Shown: positions 24,178 through 36,793 of the stretch, in pieces
How the letters are laid out: the number at the start of each line of letters is the position of its first letter
Numbering within the stretch: the first letter of the stretch is position 1
Source: Prorocentrum cordatum
Taxonomy: Eukaryota
NCBI GenBank assembly: GCA_963575745.1
Contig: CAUYUJ010000069.1
Location: 1-64,000 of the forward strand
Direction of reading: 5' to 3'
DNA length: 64,000 nucleotides
Made by a program: the position numbers and the translations under genes
Notes under the pieces: generated by a model
Database searches by the model: none
What the model was told of the DNA's origin: nothing
What the model saw: the letters and a program-made list of their open reading frames with translations, nothing else

Positions 24178-27100
24178 ATGATTCACATAATTTTGTTAAG
24201 GGTACTCTTTCTTGTCTTCCTTGCTCGACGGATGCGGCGAAGTCCGCGTCGGTCAAACCGAAGGCGGGGGGGTCAGAAAATACCCGCTGACCAAGTCAGC
24301 TTGGGCGCCACTGCGTGCCCCGCTCCGTTGTGTCGGGGCCTCCCAGGGCAGAAACATACCAGCCCTAAATTTTTGAAGGTCTTCACCGATGCCGGCGGAG
24401 GAGACTGCGGGAATCCCTCCGGCGATGAGTTTCACCGCGAAGGCAGGGAACAGGTCGAGAGTCTCGACGATGTCCTTGCGGTTTTCCCATATCGTCTTTC
24501 TCGGGACGCTATCAAGAAGTACTGGTGCCCCCCCCTAGTAAGAGTTGCATCCGATATCGGAAGAACGATCGATGCAATCTCCGCGTCCGATTCCACCCCT
24601 CTACTGAGGGGCCCACCCTCGCTTGGAGGAAGGCGCGTCGCCACGACTTGAAAGAGTGGCCTTCAAGTGGCAAAGATATGTGGAAATTCCCAGGATAAAT
24701 ACGCAGGCAGATGTCTGCTCAATCGAGGGCGTCTGCTGCGGAGGCCCTGATCAGAGCGTCGGACCTGCAGGATGAAGTCTGGCATCTCTGGTTGAGAACC
24801 GAGGAGGGGGAAGAAGGCCCACACGGCGCAGCCGCTGCTGGATGCACAGACAAAGACGCTGCGTATCTGGGCGCGCTGAGCTTCATAATAGATACTGGGT
24901 GTGGGTATAACCTCATAGCGGAGAGATATATAAGAAGTGCAGGTGCAATGAGATTGATTCGAAAGCTTCCGCAATCGATCGTTCTGAATACTGCTGGGGG
25001 AGAATCAAAGGCCCTCGGTTCAGTTCGCATCGCATTGCGCTTTAGTCATGCCAGAGACTCCGTGCGTGATTTCGGTAGGAGAGCGGTGCATGGACCACGG
25101 CTTTAGCTTCTTCTGGCCAGCAGGCCAAAGACCCTACCTGTTGTTGCCCAAGGGTCAAAGAGTGGACCTGGCCGTTGAGGGCAAGATACCATACTTCACC
25201 CTATCAGGCAAAGAGGCGCTGGGTCAGTGGATGTGCGCGGTTGCCGCCGGAGGGGGTGAACCTCCTGAGCGGTGGTGTTGCGTGGCGCCGGGCGCCAAGG
25301 CATTCCTGGGCAATGTGGAATCGGCGGGAGGCCCTCCTCCCCACGCTGTCCAGACTCGCGTGACCATAGACCTGCATACACATGAGTTGATTGGTGCCCA
25401 CAGCTACGCTGATGGACGGCCGACTGAGATCGCGCCTGTCTTTCCGTCATCGATAGACTCTGCGGATACCATCACCTACTTGTACTATTCGCTTCAAAAG
25501 GCTAGTGAAGGCGGTTGGAATCGGACGCCGGCCGGCATCGTTGCCATCAAAATTTTCGCAACTTTGCCCTGCCACGGTCAAGCCGTCGGTCAGTACGACG
25601 AGCAGCCCGGCAAAGCCGAGGCCGGCGCCGCCGCATACAGATGCCCTCGCAGGTACGGGGTCTCAGGATATCTTCCCCATGAAATGAATCGAGGACTGGA
25701 ATCCAGTGCGTGCGACGCGGCCCCAGGACCCGAGGAGGGTGAAGTTGGAGACGCTGACGGCGTCGACTTAGTCGACGTCGACGCACCGCCAGACTTAGAC
25801 CCAGACGATGCGGAGGTTGAGGTGTCGGAGACCCTTGCCGAGCAGCTTAAAATCGGGGGAGCGTAAGACCCGGGTTTGCTGGGACTCGGGTTCGCCATCG
25901 TTTTTTGACGACCGCGACTCGGATTTTGACGAGGAGGAGTTTCGTGGGATGTCTGCAGCGGGAGGCCTCGTCAAAATGCAGGCTCGGCCTCGCCATTTTT
26001 TTGACGACCTCGTCGGGGATTTCCGAGTCCCCCGTACCCGGGTCTTACGTCTCCCCGATAAAAAGGCCGCAGCCTCCCTGCCGCGCCTTCTAACTCATAC
26101 TCCCAAGAACCCATCTTGTCCAGTATGCAATTGGGCCAAAGCTATCAGAAAGCAACAGCGCAAGGCGCAAAACAAAGGGCTAAAGGTTCCCCGCCCATAC
26201 GCTAACCCCACTTCGTTTGGACACCTGACGACGATGGATCATTGGTTTGCATTGGATGAACTCTCGCGGGGGCTCCACGATGAGACCGCGTGCGTGATTT
26301 TTCGCGATCGAGCAACGGATTGTCTTGCCGCTCAGTGTGTACACGACAAGTCTGCGGTTCACGTTTGCAACTTTTTGGTAAACCTGAAAGCCCCGGAGGA
26401 GAAGTTATATTATTGTTATACAGATGGTGCAAGAGAGCTTGCGAGGGCATGTTACGAGCTCAATATTGCCCATGAGCCTACCATCCCAGGAAATAAGAAA
26501 CAGAACGCCGTTGCTGAGCGTGCAAATTGCGTGGTAGAGATGGGGACTAGAGCCTTACTCATGCAGGCCGGTCCTCCACCGCCATATTGGACTGACGCAG
26601 TCCGATACTTCAGTCTATGCTATAACACTAGGACCCCAGCGGTGGGACAATCAAGTTGGGAGCGACGCTTTGGATGTAGATTCGAGGCTCCGCTCCTTCC
26701 TTTTGGGTCTCTTGTGCGCTATGTGCCTCCACCTGAGTCCAGGTTTCGGACCGCCAAGACTGGCGCAACAATGATTCCGGGGATCTACTTGGGGTATGTG
26801 CACAAAGCGGGGGGATTGTTTGGACCAGACAGTTATGTTGTGCCGTTGAGACAACTGGACGGTCTGAACATGGAGTCAGGGCGTACCCTAGAGGGTAAAC
26901 GACCCACTATTGAGAGGCCGACCAGGTGTACAGCAACATTTTAGATGGCTTTGCTGATGACCAATCGCCCCACTTCCCTTTGAGAAAAGCGTACGACAAA
27001 GCGGTGACCGAAGTACGTTCCGTCACAATCCCTCCAGCAGGGGAAGCTGCGGCCGTCCCAGACGGACCACAACCAGCAACAGGGATACGACCGGACAATT

Positions 27101-28647
27101 TATTTGGCGCCGACGATCCTGCTGTTGTCATGCCACCGCCTTCCCAAGAAAGCGAGGACTCTCCACACTTCGACTCAGAGGCCGAATTAGAAGACGACGG
27201 CCCCGGGGGATTGCGTGTGGATGACGAGCCTATGGTAGTTGACGGCAGAGATCCACAGCGCGATTCCCATCCAGCAGGTCAGAACCAAAAACTCGGACTC
27301 GCACAACTTGAATACCGTTTGGGCAGACAGTCCAATTTCTCAGCGGCTAAGCCGCGCGAGAAGGTTCCCGGGAAAGGACAACTACTTGCTCGAACAACTC
27401 AAAACCTGGACACGATGGAATACTTTGAGGACCGACGAAATGTTGCTGGACTGACAAAAGAAGAGTTGACGCAGACGCTCCCGTTGACAGGTCGCCGAAA
27501 GACGTGTAGCATTCGAGTTGTTCTTTACTATGATCCCGATTACGCGCCGATAACTCGCGTGTCGGTCACTGACCGAGACCCGAAATACAGCGCACAATGG
27601 CTGGGAAAGCTACCTGAATCCACCAGTGCTGGGATCCATCCTGGACGATGGTTCAGCATGAATCAAGCACAACGCCGACAGGCCGTGGAACAATACAAGG
27701 CAGAAAAGAGAGGATTTTTTCAGTATAGAAGATCCTGGCCCTTGTCTTGGTCTTCTGCGTGATATTGGCCTGGACGTGGATGATCCGCCGACTCCGCCCG
27801 AACCCGCAGAGGCTCAGCCACTTGCGGCGTTTCCTGAAGCCAGGCTAGCAGCACCGCAGGTGGCTGAGCGGCTCCGTCGTTCGAGGGAGGGCAGCCTGTG
27901 CCACACCCCTTGCAGCGGACGTGGGGCGGCGTCGCGGCTCGCACAGGGCGGCCAAGCCGCAGCTGCGGCTGCTGAATCCTCGGGGGAAGGTGATTCCGAC
28001 GAACATCTTTCGGATGATGAGGACGTTTGGTGGAAGCAGACATGGTGCGGAGGCACAATTGCACGAGACGGAATTCCCTCCGGCTCAGCCGGTAGGGGCA
28101 CGCTGTCCGATGACGATGAGACTGAGGACATTCATGAGGAAAGCCTGACCATGAGTCCGGCGGCCGCCGCGTCGAGGAGAAGCATGCCTCGAATGCCGTT
28201 GCAGGATGGCTCGGCTTCAGTTTTCAGTCATCGTGTAAAAGATTTGATTTGCAATATTTTAGCCCTTTTACTGACCTTATCTCAGTCATCGACGAACCCT
28301 TCCAACTTCCCAACGACTGGCAACATACCTACCTTGATGCCGCTGTCGCCAGATCCGTTTCAAAGGACGAGGCCAAAGCGAACAAAGACGCCCAAGCTGC
28401 CTTGAGAAAAGAATGGGATAGATTGCGCGACATTGGCACATGGAAAGAGGATGGTGTCAGAGAGTGCTCTGACGTTGTCGCCGAACTCAAGGGACAGACG
28501 GCCCACTTTGGCCGGCTGTTTGCGATCCGTGTTGAAAAGAACTCAGAGTTACCGTTAGGGCACAAAGATCACAAGTACAAAGGTCGGGTAGTTTTTGATG
28601 GTTCGAGCGTGAGAGATCAGAATAAGGATGTTGCATTGTTTCGATAA
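24178..28647 (+). pseudogene. pol: pol (PR-IN-partial RT), copy 3, disrupted
   Basis: FIIDTG present; integrase core in ORF 25808-26944; RT fragment in ORF 28249-28647. Confidence 0.85.
25853..26058. mobile_element. 206-bp MITE, TCGGGG...CCCCGA ends, 5-bp TSD TAAAA
   Basis: ~37-bp imperfect TIRs (TCGGGGGAGCGTAAGACCCGGGT / ACCCGGGTCTTACGTCTCCCCGA). Empty site cagcttaaaaaggcc in copy 2 at 14871-14885. Confidence 0.92.
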
Positions 28648-29469
28648 TGCTGTATTCAGCGTTGCAAAGGCGGTTGTCTCTCATCGAGCGATTTGGTCAA
28701 TCATCAGGCAAACTTCTGGTTATCAGCCGAAAGTCTCTCCATGAGCTCGTCTTCGGCGGTGCGGCATTTTTCACATCAGCCAGGGTAGTAGCAGTGGTCG
28801 TTTTACCGAAGAATGGGCTTCGCACGTGCGCTCTGATTGTGGCGCCCGAGAACCGGGATGCGAAGTCGGCGTCGCCGTCATGCGCTCCAGTCAGCGCTCT
28901 GGTCACGGGGGCGGGGGGCCGGACATTCAAGGAAAAAGGGTGCACCTGCGGCCAAGCCGCCAGGTGCCGACGATGTCGCGACAGAGGGGGCAGTGGTTTC
29001 CTCCCTTCTGTGAAGGCCAGATAGTCAGGGTTGAGTAGCCTGGCTCGACATCTTCTGGCAAATACAGCTATCGTGCTTGAAGCCAGACACAGTGTCAAGA
29101 GGAAGCTCACAGAGCGCTTTGCACGCGGTGTTTTCCCTACGTCGGAAACAAAGGTGTCTCTCGTGTCAACGTCGGCCTGCCCCGCGTCACGACGGAACGG
29201 ACCGCGGGCGCCTGCAGCCCTTCAGGCAGGCGCGTCCCCGGGCAAGAGACACCCCATCATAATGGGTGCACTCGGCCCGTGGGGGTGGGCACATAATTCA
29301 AAGATGCTTGTGCCCTTGTTGCAGTGTTTCGACAAGTTGCATTCGCTGTCACAGTGCGCAGTCGTTGGGCCTCTTCGGCCCTTAGCCCCCTGGTGGCCAC
29401 CGTTGAGCGGTAGAAGTTTTTGCGGTTCGTTCCGGTGGTTCCAACCCCCCAAATCTTTGCGAAGTCGCC

Positions 29470-30135
29470 AGGCCGATTTCGCTGGAGGGCCAGGAATCCC
29501 TGGGATCCTTGGGATCCCTGAGCCTGCACAGGGATGGTGACGTCGCATCCCTGGAATCCCTGGGATCCCTGAGACATCATATGGTTTGCTGACCACCGAC
29601 GTCGCGATCCCTGAGCAGGCTCAGGGATCCCAGGGATTCTGAGCGCGGGATCGCTGGTGGATCCCCAGGTCGGTTTTGCTGGAGGATTAGGAATCCCTGG
29701 GATCCCTGGGATCCCTGAGCCTGCACAGGGATCGTGACTTCGCATCCCTGGAATCCCTGGGATCCCTGAGCCTGCTCAGGGATCGTGACTTGCCATCCTT
29801 GGAATCCCTGGGATCCCTGAGAAATCATATGGTTTGCTGACAACCGACGTCGCGATCCCTGAGCAGGCTCAGGGATCCCAGGGATTCTGAGCGCGGGATC
29901 GCTGGTGGATCCCCAGGTCGGTTTTGCTGGAGGGTTAGGAATCCCTGGGATCCCTGGGATCCCTGAGCCTGCACAGGGATCGTGACTTCGCATCCCTGGA
30001 AGCCCTGGGGTCCCTGAGCCTGCTCAGGGATCGTGACTTCGCATCCCTGGAATCCCTGGGATCCCTGAGCCTGCACAGCGATCGTCACTTAGCATCCCTG
30101 TGCATCCCTGGAATGCCTGAGAAATCATATGGTTC
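29470..30135. repeat. 47/248-bp higher-order repeat, copy 3 (one 47-bp subunit fewer)
   Basis: Direct comparison with 18311-19030. Confidence 0.85.
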
Positions 30136-30452
30136 GCTTATCGTTCTTGTTAGCGCTGCCGCTGATATCTTATACCTGTTCTCCCAAAGGCGGGGGAAGC
30201 GGACGCTTGCATCTTCTGAGGTTGAGGAGGAGGGGGAGGAGGAGGAGGAGGAGGAGGAGGAGGAGGAGGATGGACGAGGTGAAAGAGGGGAAGGAGATGC
30301 AGGATCAAGTGGTTGGCTCTCCAGATGACGTTCATTATTCGATGCCGCCGTCTCAGGGCGAGAACCGGAATCTGGCAGTAAAGAAAATGCGAGTGCGATC
30401 AGCGCGAACCGCGATGAAAATCAGTGGGTGCTGGGGTGCTGGGGGGGGGGCT

Positions 30453-30487
<35 letters not shown>

Positions 30488-30535
30488 AGGGGTGCTGTGG
30501 CCGGATGGGCTCTACGAGGCCCGCCGCGGGGGGAG

Positions 30536-30877
30536 TGAATCAGCTCCTCTCCGCCTCATATTAATATTGTTTGTTGTATCACTTGCATTGCTGCGCACTG
30601 TCTGATTATGATTGCGGTGGTTATCCGCAGCTGTATGTTTGCTTACAGGAGATAAAAAGGTGCGAGCTGGTCCGCTCGCGCGCGCCGCGGGGTCGCCCCC
30701 GCGTCGTCGTCGTGTCGTCGGCCGGCCGGCCACCTCACTTACCATTCCTGATAGAGTAAAGTTGCTTACCGGTTACTTGTCTGATCGATGTCTCATCCCG
30801 CACCCTCTCCCGCTGAACAGAGTGAACATGAGATTTCAATTCCTTGTGTCATCTTACCCCGATTCTCAGGGGAAAGA
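30536..30877 (+). repeat. terminal (3') LTR of the array
   Basis: Homology with the other LTRs stops after GAAAGA at 30877; no PBS follows. Confidence 0.8.
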
Positions 30878-31312
30878 CTTGCTCCCGTCGTTCAGATTGG
30901 CGCTGATGCCAGAGATCGGGCCACACGTCTGGATCCAATTGCATCCTCGTCGCTGCCGCCCCCCATCCTCTCTCTTTCCTCCGCCCGTGCCATCCTCCTC
31001 CTAAGGGGGGGAAGAAACACACAGACACCATTAATCGCCGACGCCCAGGAACATGTGGGAGAATATGGGAAGTGTGGGGGAAAACAGAAACCCCGAACAT
31101 ATGCAAACATATGGGGAATCTTTTTATTTGTGTGTATCTATTCGTGTGTGTCCCAGGGCCCTGTCCTCCTTTTCCTCCTGCTCCTCCGCCACTTCCTCGG
31201 ATGTGCAAAGCCCCCCCGCCTCCGTTTCTCGCCCCCTCGCCAGAGCGGCCCGAACCTGACAGCAGCAGCGGCGCCGCGCCGCGCCCTCTGCGGGGCTCGG
31301 AGTAGCCCCCGC

Positions 31313-32270
31313 CGCCCGTGCTGCCTCGCAGGGCTGGACCGAAACGGTGTTTCAGGTGAGTTCGTGGGCCGCTTTCGCTTCGACTCCGTTCTGCGGTAGA
31401 GGCGGTGTCGAGACAAAAAAGCGAGGGCAAACGAGAACAAAACGGGAACGAAGGACACTGTTTAAGTTCAGCCCGTGGCTGCCTCGCAAGGCTGGACCGA
31501 AACGGTGTTTCTGGTGAGTTCGTGGGCCGCTTTCGCTTCCACTGCGTTCTGCTGTAGAAGGCGGGCTCGAGACAAAAAAACCGAGGGCAAACGAGAACAG
31601 AACGGGAACGAAAAACACCGTTTAGGTTCAGCCCGTGGCTGCCTCGCAGGGCTGGACCGAAACGGTGTTTCTGGTGAGTTCGTGGGCCGCTTTCGTTTCC
31701 ACTTCGTTCTGCGGTAGAAGGCGGGATCGAGACAAAAATAACGAGGGACAACGAGAACAAAGCGGGAACGAAGAACACCGTTTGGCTTCAGCCCGTGGCT
31801 GCTTCGCAGGTCTGGACCGAAACGGTGTTTCTGGTGAGTTCGTGGGCCGCTTTCGCTTCCACTCCGTTCTGCGGTAAAGAGGCGGGCTCGAGACAAAAGA
31901 ACGAGGGCAAACGAGAACAAAGCGGGAACGAAAAACACCGTTTAGGTTCAGCCCGTGGCTGCCTCGCAGGGCTGGACCGAAACGGTGTTTCTGGTGAGTT
32001 CGTGGCCCGCTTTCGTTTCGACTCCGTTCTGCGGTAAAGAGGCGGGCTCGAGACAAAAAAAAACGAGGGCAAACGAGAACAGAACGGGAACGAAAAACAC
32101 CGTTTGGTTTCGGCCCGTGGCTGCCTCGCAGGGCTGGACCGAAACGGTGTTTCTGGTGAGTTCGTGGGCCGCTTTCGTTTCCACTCCGTTCTGCGGTAGA
32201 GAGGCGGGCTCGAGGCAACAAAAAAAGAAGCGAGGGCGAACGAGAACACAGCGGGAACGAAGGACACCAT
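31313..32270. repeat. 160-bp tandem repeat, ~6 units, resuming briefly at 32816-32885
   Basis: gcccgtggctgcctcgcagggctggaccgaaacggtgtttctggtgagttcgtgggccgc recurs every 160 bp; whole unit conserved. Confidence 0.95.
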
Positions 32271-32271
32271 T

Positions 32272-32634
32272 CCCAGACCCCCGACGTCATGTTTTTGTCA
32301 TGACGTCGATCCCCAGCGGTTTGGACCCATTCCCCGGGACCGGTTTTTCCTCCTGAGTCGTTCTTTGACGGTCCCGGGGGCCGGTGAAGGCCCCCAGGTG
32401 CCGAAAGTAGCGAAAAACTTGCCGTCATGATTTTTTCATGACTCGAGGGGGTTAAAACGACGCGAAGATCGGGACAAAATCGGATCGGGATAACTCGAAA
32501 TCTCTGAGAATCGGCGGGTTTGGAGGATGTATTGGGCGCCGCGGCCGCTCCAGAGCGTTCCGGAACGCTCTGAGAGCGCTCCGGAACGCTCTGGAGCGAT
32601 TTATCCCGATCCTAGCCCTGTTTTAGGGGTCTGG
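32272..32634. mobile_element. CCCAGACCCCC-family MITE with right TIR split by a nested MITE
   Basis: Left end CCCAGACCCCCGACGTCATG; right end GAGGGGGT[insert]GGGGTCTGG. Confidence 0.8.
32453..32625. mobile_element. MITE, TAAAA...TTTTA ends, 5-bp TSD GGGGT
   Basis: TSD at 32448-32452 and 32626-32630; second copy at 41164-41301. Confidence 0.85.
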
Positions 32635-34214
32635 CTGGGTAGTCCAAGGCCAGACTGTCAGATTGGATTGGGCCCCAAGGGCCAATCTGGCCCGGCCAAG
32701 CTGGACGATTTGGGTGATTCGCCAGGCTGGATTCGCGTGGGCTCCCTCGCCAGACTGCCCCCGTTTGCCAGATGGGGCCTGCCAGATGGGCGCCAGATTG
32801 GCTTCGACTGCCCAGAAAAATCGAGGGACAACAAGAACAAAGCGGGAACGAAGAACACCGTTTGGCTTCAGCCCCTGGCTGCCCCGCGCACCCGGCCACC
32901 GAGAGCCCATGGGGCCACGGCGCCGGGCGGCGTCGGAGAACTCGGCGACGGAGGTCGAGCTCGAGGTCGGGGGTCTGCAGGAAGGAAGCAATGCCTCCTC
33001 CTGCTCCTCCTCCTCCTCCTCCTCCTCCTCCTCCTCCTTCCCCTCCTCCTCCTCCTCCTCCTCCTCCTCCTCCTCCTCCTCCTCATCCCCATCCACCATG
33101 CCCAACAGCGGATCTTACCAGCCTGGAACACATCCCTATCCCTAGGCTGTGGCATCACCTCACCTCGATGCCGATCTCAGGCCTACACCGCACTCACATC
33201 TATACCCCTGGGTGGGTGTATGTGCGGCCGTTTTTGCGCTGTCATGTGCGCGCATGTGCGCGGCATGTGCCAGTCATGTGCCAGGCCTGTGCGGCCCTTC
33301 GTGGATGGACCTCCTACTGTGCACGTCGTGCCCGGGCATGTGCGGGGGCATGTGCGCTGTGTTTCGATGTATCCATCATGCGCACATGCACGCGCAGTCC
33401 GACGCAGATGCGCGCACATGCCTGCACATGCGGGAGGTGTTCCAGAATCGCAGGTCTGTCATCGGCACATGCACGCACATGCCTGTGCAACCTCTCTTCG
33501 GGAGGCCGCGCGGGCCCGCACATGCACGCACATGCGGTGAAACGCGCGGGCGCACATGCGTGCACATCCCAATGCACATGCACGCTCATGCCCTAGGAGC
33601 TGTCTGGGACCCCTGTGCCTCCAATGCCTCCTGGCCTTCGCAGAGCTAACCTGGGGCGTGCCAGGGCTTCTTGAAAGAGTTTGTTGTGCGTTTAGACTCG
33701 CCCGCTGCTGGCGGGGGCGGTTCTTGGAGCTGGCGGTGGCGTGCCCTCCTAGTAAAATAATCTCCCGCGCGCCTTCTCAGCTGGGCCGGAGAAGCAGGGG
33801 TGGGTGGGGGAGGTGGAGGGGGAGGGGAGGAGGGGGGGGCGGAGGAGGCGGACGCCCCTGGCTCGGCCGGCCCGCCCGCCTGTTCGGCTCGGCCAGAGGA
33901 GGAGGAGGAGGAGGAGGAGGAGGAGGAGGAGGAGGAGGAGGAGGAGGAGGAGGTGAGAGTTGCGAGGACATCTCAGGCGAAAGTGGCTTGACGGCCCGAG
34001 TTCAGGGAATCTCGGAATCGCTGGCCTGGCTCGGCCACTGGCGAGCTCGGCCTGTGCGAATACTGTGCGTACCTGTGCGGGGCATGTGCGGGACGTGCAA
34101 GAATCCCAGGGCCGGCGTTCGTCTCCGGGCGCCGGCGCGTTCGCGTCCAGCCCGTTCCGCGTGAGACGTCGTCGGCAATCTGGAGGCCGACATGCTTTGA
34201 CATGAGGTCATGAG

Positions 34215-35100
34215 GTGATTTGGCCACCTTCGCCTGAGACATCCTCGCAGCTCTGGTCTCGGAGATGCCCTGCCCCAGGGTGGCCCGGCCACTTTCGCTT
34301 GAGACATCCTCGGAACTCTGGGTTTCGAGACGCCCTCGCAACTCTGACCTCAGAGATCTCCTGCCCCATGCTTGTCAGGCCACTGTCGCCTGAGACATTC
34401 TCGCAAGTCTCGATTCCGATATCCCCGAGCTGAGGTGGTCAGCCACTGTCGCCTGAGACATCCTCGCAACCCTGATCTCAATGATGCCCTGCTCGATAGT
34501 GTCTCGGCCCCTTTCGCCTCAGACATCCTCGGAACTCTGGGTTCCGAGACGCCCTGAGCTGAGGTGGTTAGACCACTTTCGCTTTAGACATCCTCGCCCG
34601 AGATGCCCTGAGTTGAGGTGTTCAGGCCACTTTCGCCTGAGACATCCTCGCAACTCTGACCTCAATGATGCCCTGCTCCATAGTGTCTCGGCCTTTTTCG
34701 CCTGAGACCCCCGCAATTCTGGGTTCCGAGATGCCCTGAGCAGGTGGTCAGGCCACTCCTGCCTGAGACATCCTCGCAACTCTGGGTTCCGAGACGCCCT
34801 GGGCTGAGGTGGTCAGACCACTCTCGCCAGAGACATCCTCGCAACTCTGACCTCAGAGATCTTTTGCCCCATGGTGGTCAGGCCACTTTCGCCTGAGACA
34901 TCCTCACAACTCAGACCTCGGAGGTGTCCTGCCCCATGGTCGTCTGGTCACCTTGACCAGCGACATCCTCGCCAATCTGGTTTCCAAGATGCCCTGCCCC
35001 ATAGTGGTCTGGCCACGCTTGCCTGAGACATCCTCGCAACTCTGGGTTGCGAAATGCCCCAAGCTCAGGTGGTCAGGCCACTATCGCCTGCGACATCTCT
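34215..35100. repeat. degenerate tandem repeat, core ggccactttcgcctgagacatcctcgcaactctg
   Basis: About 13 recurrences at ~50-75-bp spacing; inverted copy at ~33957-33990. Confidence 0.85.
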
Positions 35101-35815
35101 GCGGCATGTGCGGGCATGTGCGTCTATGCTTTCAGAGTTTTGCTTGACCGTGCATTCGACTGTGCGTCGGACGGTGTGGCATGTGCGCGCATGTGCGGCA
35201 ATGCTGTTGAGGCTTTTGTATATTTGCATGGGCATGTGCATGCGACTGTGCGGCATGTGCCTGCATGTGCGGCCCCTTCCGGACCACAATTTCAAAGTGA
35301 GCACTATAGAAGTGAGCGCTATAGAAGTGAGTCCGGTGTATGCCTAAGATTGTCCTCGCTTGTTGCTCGCTCATCTTGGGGATAGGGATGCGTTCGAGGC
35401 TGGTTAGGATCTTGTTCCTTTTGAACAGGCCTCGCCGTCCGCGCCGCCGCGGCCTCTGTCCATTCGAGACAGGAGGCCGCCTGCCCAACAGCGGCCGCTG
35501 TTGGTTTGGGACAACACTTGCTGTTGGGCACTGTGCCCATTCTTTCCGTACCCATTTCGGGCGTCCAAAAGGGGGCGCGCCGTGCTCGCACGGCAAGCAG
35601 TGGGGCGGAGCGTCCTGGCGTGCCTGTAGGCCTACCAAAGAATGTTCGAATCCCCTTGTGTGGTTTCCACGGAAGCGTCCTAGAACATGTCTGGCTGGGA
35701 CTGTCTTGTTTTGACACATCGGGTTTGTGTTATCAGAACTTGGCACGTTCTTGGCTTCTGAGAACATGTCGTGGTAGGCCTATGGGAGTGCCGGGGCGGC
35801 CGGTGCCTGCTCAGT

Positions 35816-36004
35816 TCGGGCCGGACGAAAGGGGGGGGGTGGGGGGGGTACGAAATTTGCGGCACGCAGCCGGTTTCGGCCTCACCGAGGGGCCCCTTCC
35901 TTGATACATGGCCGCCTCCGGCGCCAAGAGGCGCCGGGAAAATCAGCTGCGCGAGCTGCTTCTCAAGACCCCCCTTTGCTATCCCCCCCTTTCGCCCGAC
36001 CCGA
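35816..36004. mobile_element. MITE, TCGGG...CCCGA ends, 5-bp TSD TCAGT
   Basis: TIR TCGGG(C/T)CGG(A/G)CGAAAGGGGGGG. TSD at 35811-35815 and 36005-36009. Relatives at 48499-48635 and 56349-56544. Confidence 0.88.
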
Positions 36005-36036
36005 TCAGTGCACGCCTGCACCGGGAAATAAAAGAT

Positions 36037-36110
36037 TCGAAGGGCACCAACCATACACCAACACCGATCCTGGCCAGGATCGGTGTTGGTGTATGGTTGG
36101 TGCCCTCCTA
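36037..36110. mobile_element. 74-bp palindromic mini-element, 5-bp TSD AAGAT
   Basis: Perfect 66-bp palindrome at 36041-36106; AAGAT at 36032-36036 and 36111-36115. Confidence 0.8.
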
Positions 36111-36504
36111 AAGATACCCTAAAAATACCCCAAAAAGGTCAAAAAGTACACCAAAAATAGTCGAAACTCCTTCTGCAGGGGGACAGGCGCGACTCAACAC
36201 TGGGCCCCGGGCCCAGGGCCGGCGCCTGGCCGCCCTGCCAGGGCCGGGCTCTCTGCGAGTGGCCGATGGCCAAGGGCCGCGCTGCCGCTGCGATTGGATT
36301 CAGCCCAGCTCGGCGCCCTGGCACGGAGTTATGGTAGGTTTGCGTCGTGTCGACCAGCGGCGACCCCAGCGCGGGCGTTCAAGGTTGAACGCCGCCGGCG
36401 ACCCAGAATCGATCGATGTTGAACGATCGGACGTTGCGGCAGCGGCCGATCGTTCAAGGTTGAACGATCCCTGCGGTGTCAAAAACCAACGCTGGGGTCG
36501 GCGC

Positions 36505-36722
36505 CCTTCTGGACGCCCGAAACGGGTACTGAAAGAATGGGTACAATGCCCAACAACAATTCCTGTTCATTTTGGACAGGATTCGCTGTCCGCGCCGCCG
36601 CGGCCTGTGTCCATTCGAGACAGGAGGTCGCCCGCCCAACAGCGGCCGCTGTCGGTTTGGGACAACATTTGCTGTTGGGCATTGTACCCATTTCTTCGGT
36701 GCCCATTTCGGGCGTCCAAAAA
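36505..36722. mobile_element. inverted-repeat element (ggacgcccgaaa..ggtac..aaagaatggg TIRs)
   Basis: ~50-bp imperfect TIRs; related sequence at 35410-35582 and 50057-50270; TSD not resolved. Confidence 0.6.
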
Positions 36723-36793
36723 GTGGCCGATGGCCAAGGGCCGCGCTGCCGCTGCGGTTGGGTTCAGCCCAGCCTTAGCGCCCTGGCACGGAG

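Larger units (their letters stand above)
19419..30877 (+). mobile_element. Ty1/copia-like element, tandem copy 3 (LTR to LTR)
   Basis: Same organisation; period 11117 bp; carries a MITE at 25853-26058. Confidence 0.9.

Noticed and set aside
25853..26058. Tn3-type inverted repeats (GGGG start, 5-bp AT-rich TSD)
   Set aside because: The empty site places the termini at TCGGGG, not GGGG, and sister elements share TCGG; no transposase or resolvase is present.
31313..32270. CRISPR-like regular array
   Set aside because: The whole 160-bp unit is conserved, with no unique spacers and no cas genes; it is a tandem repeat.
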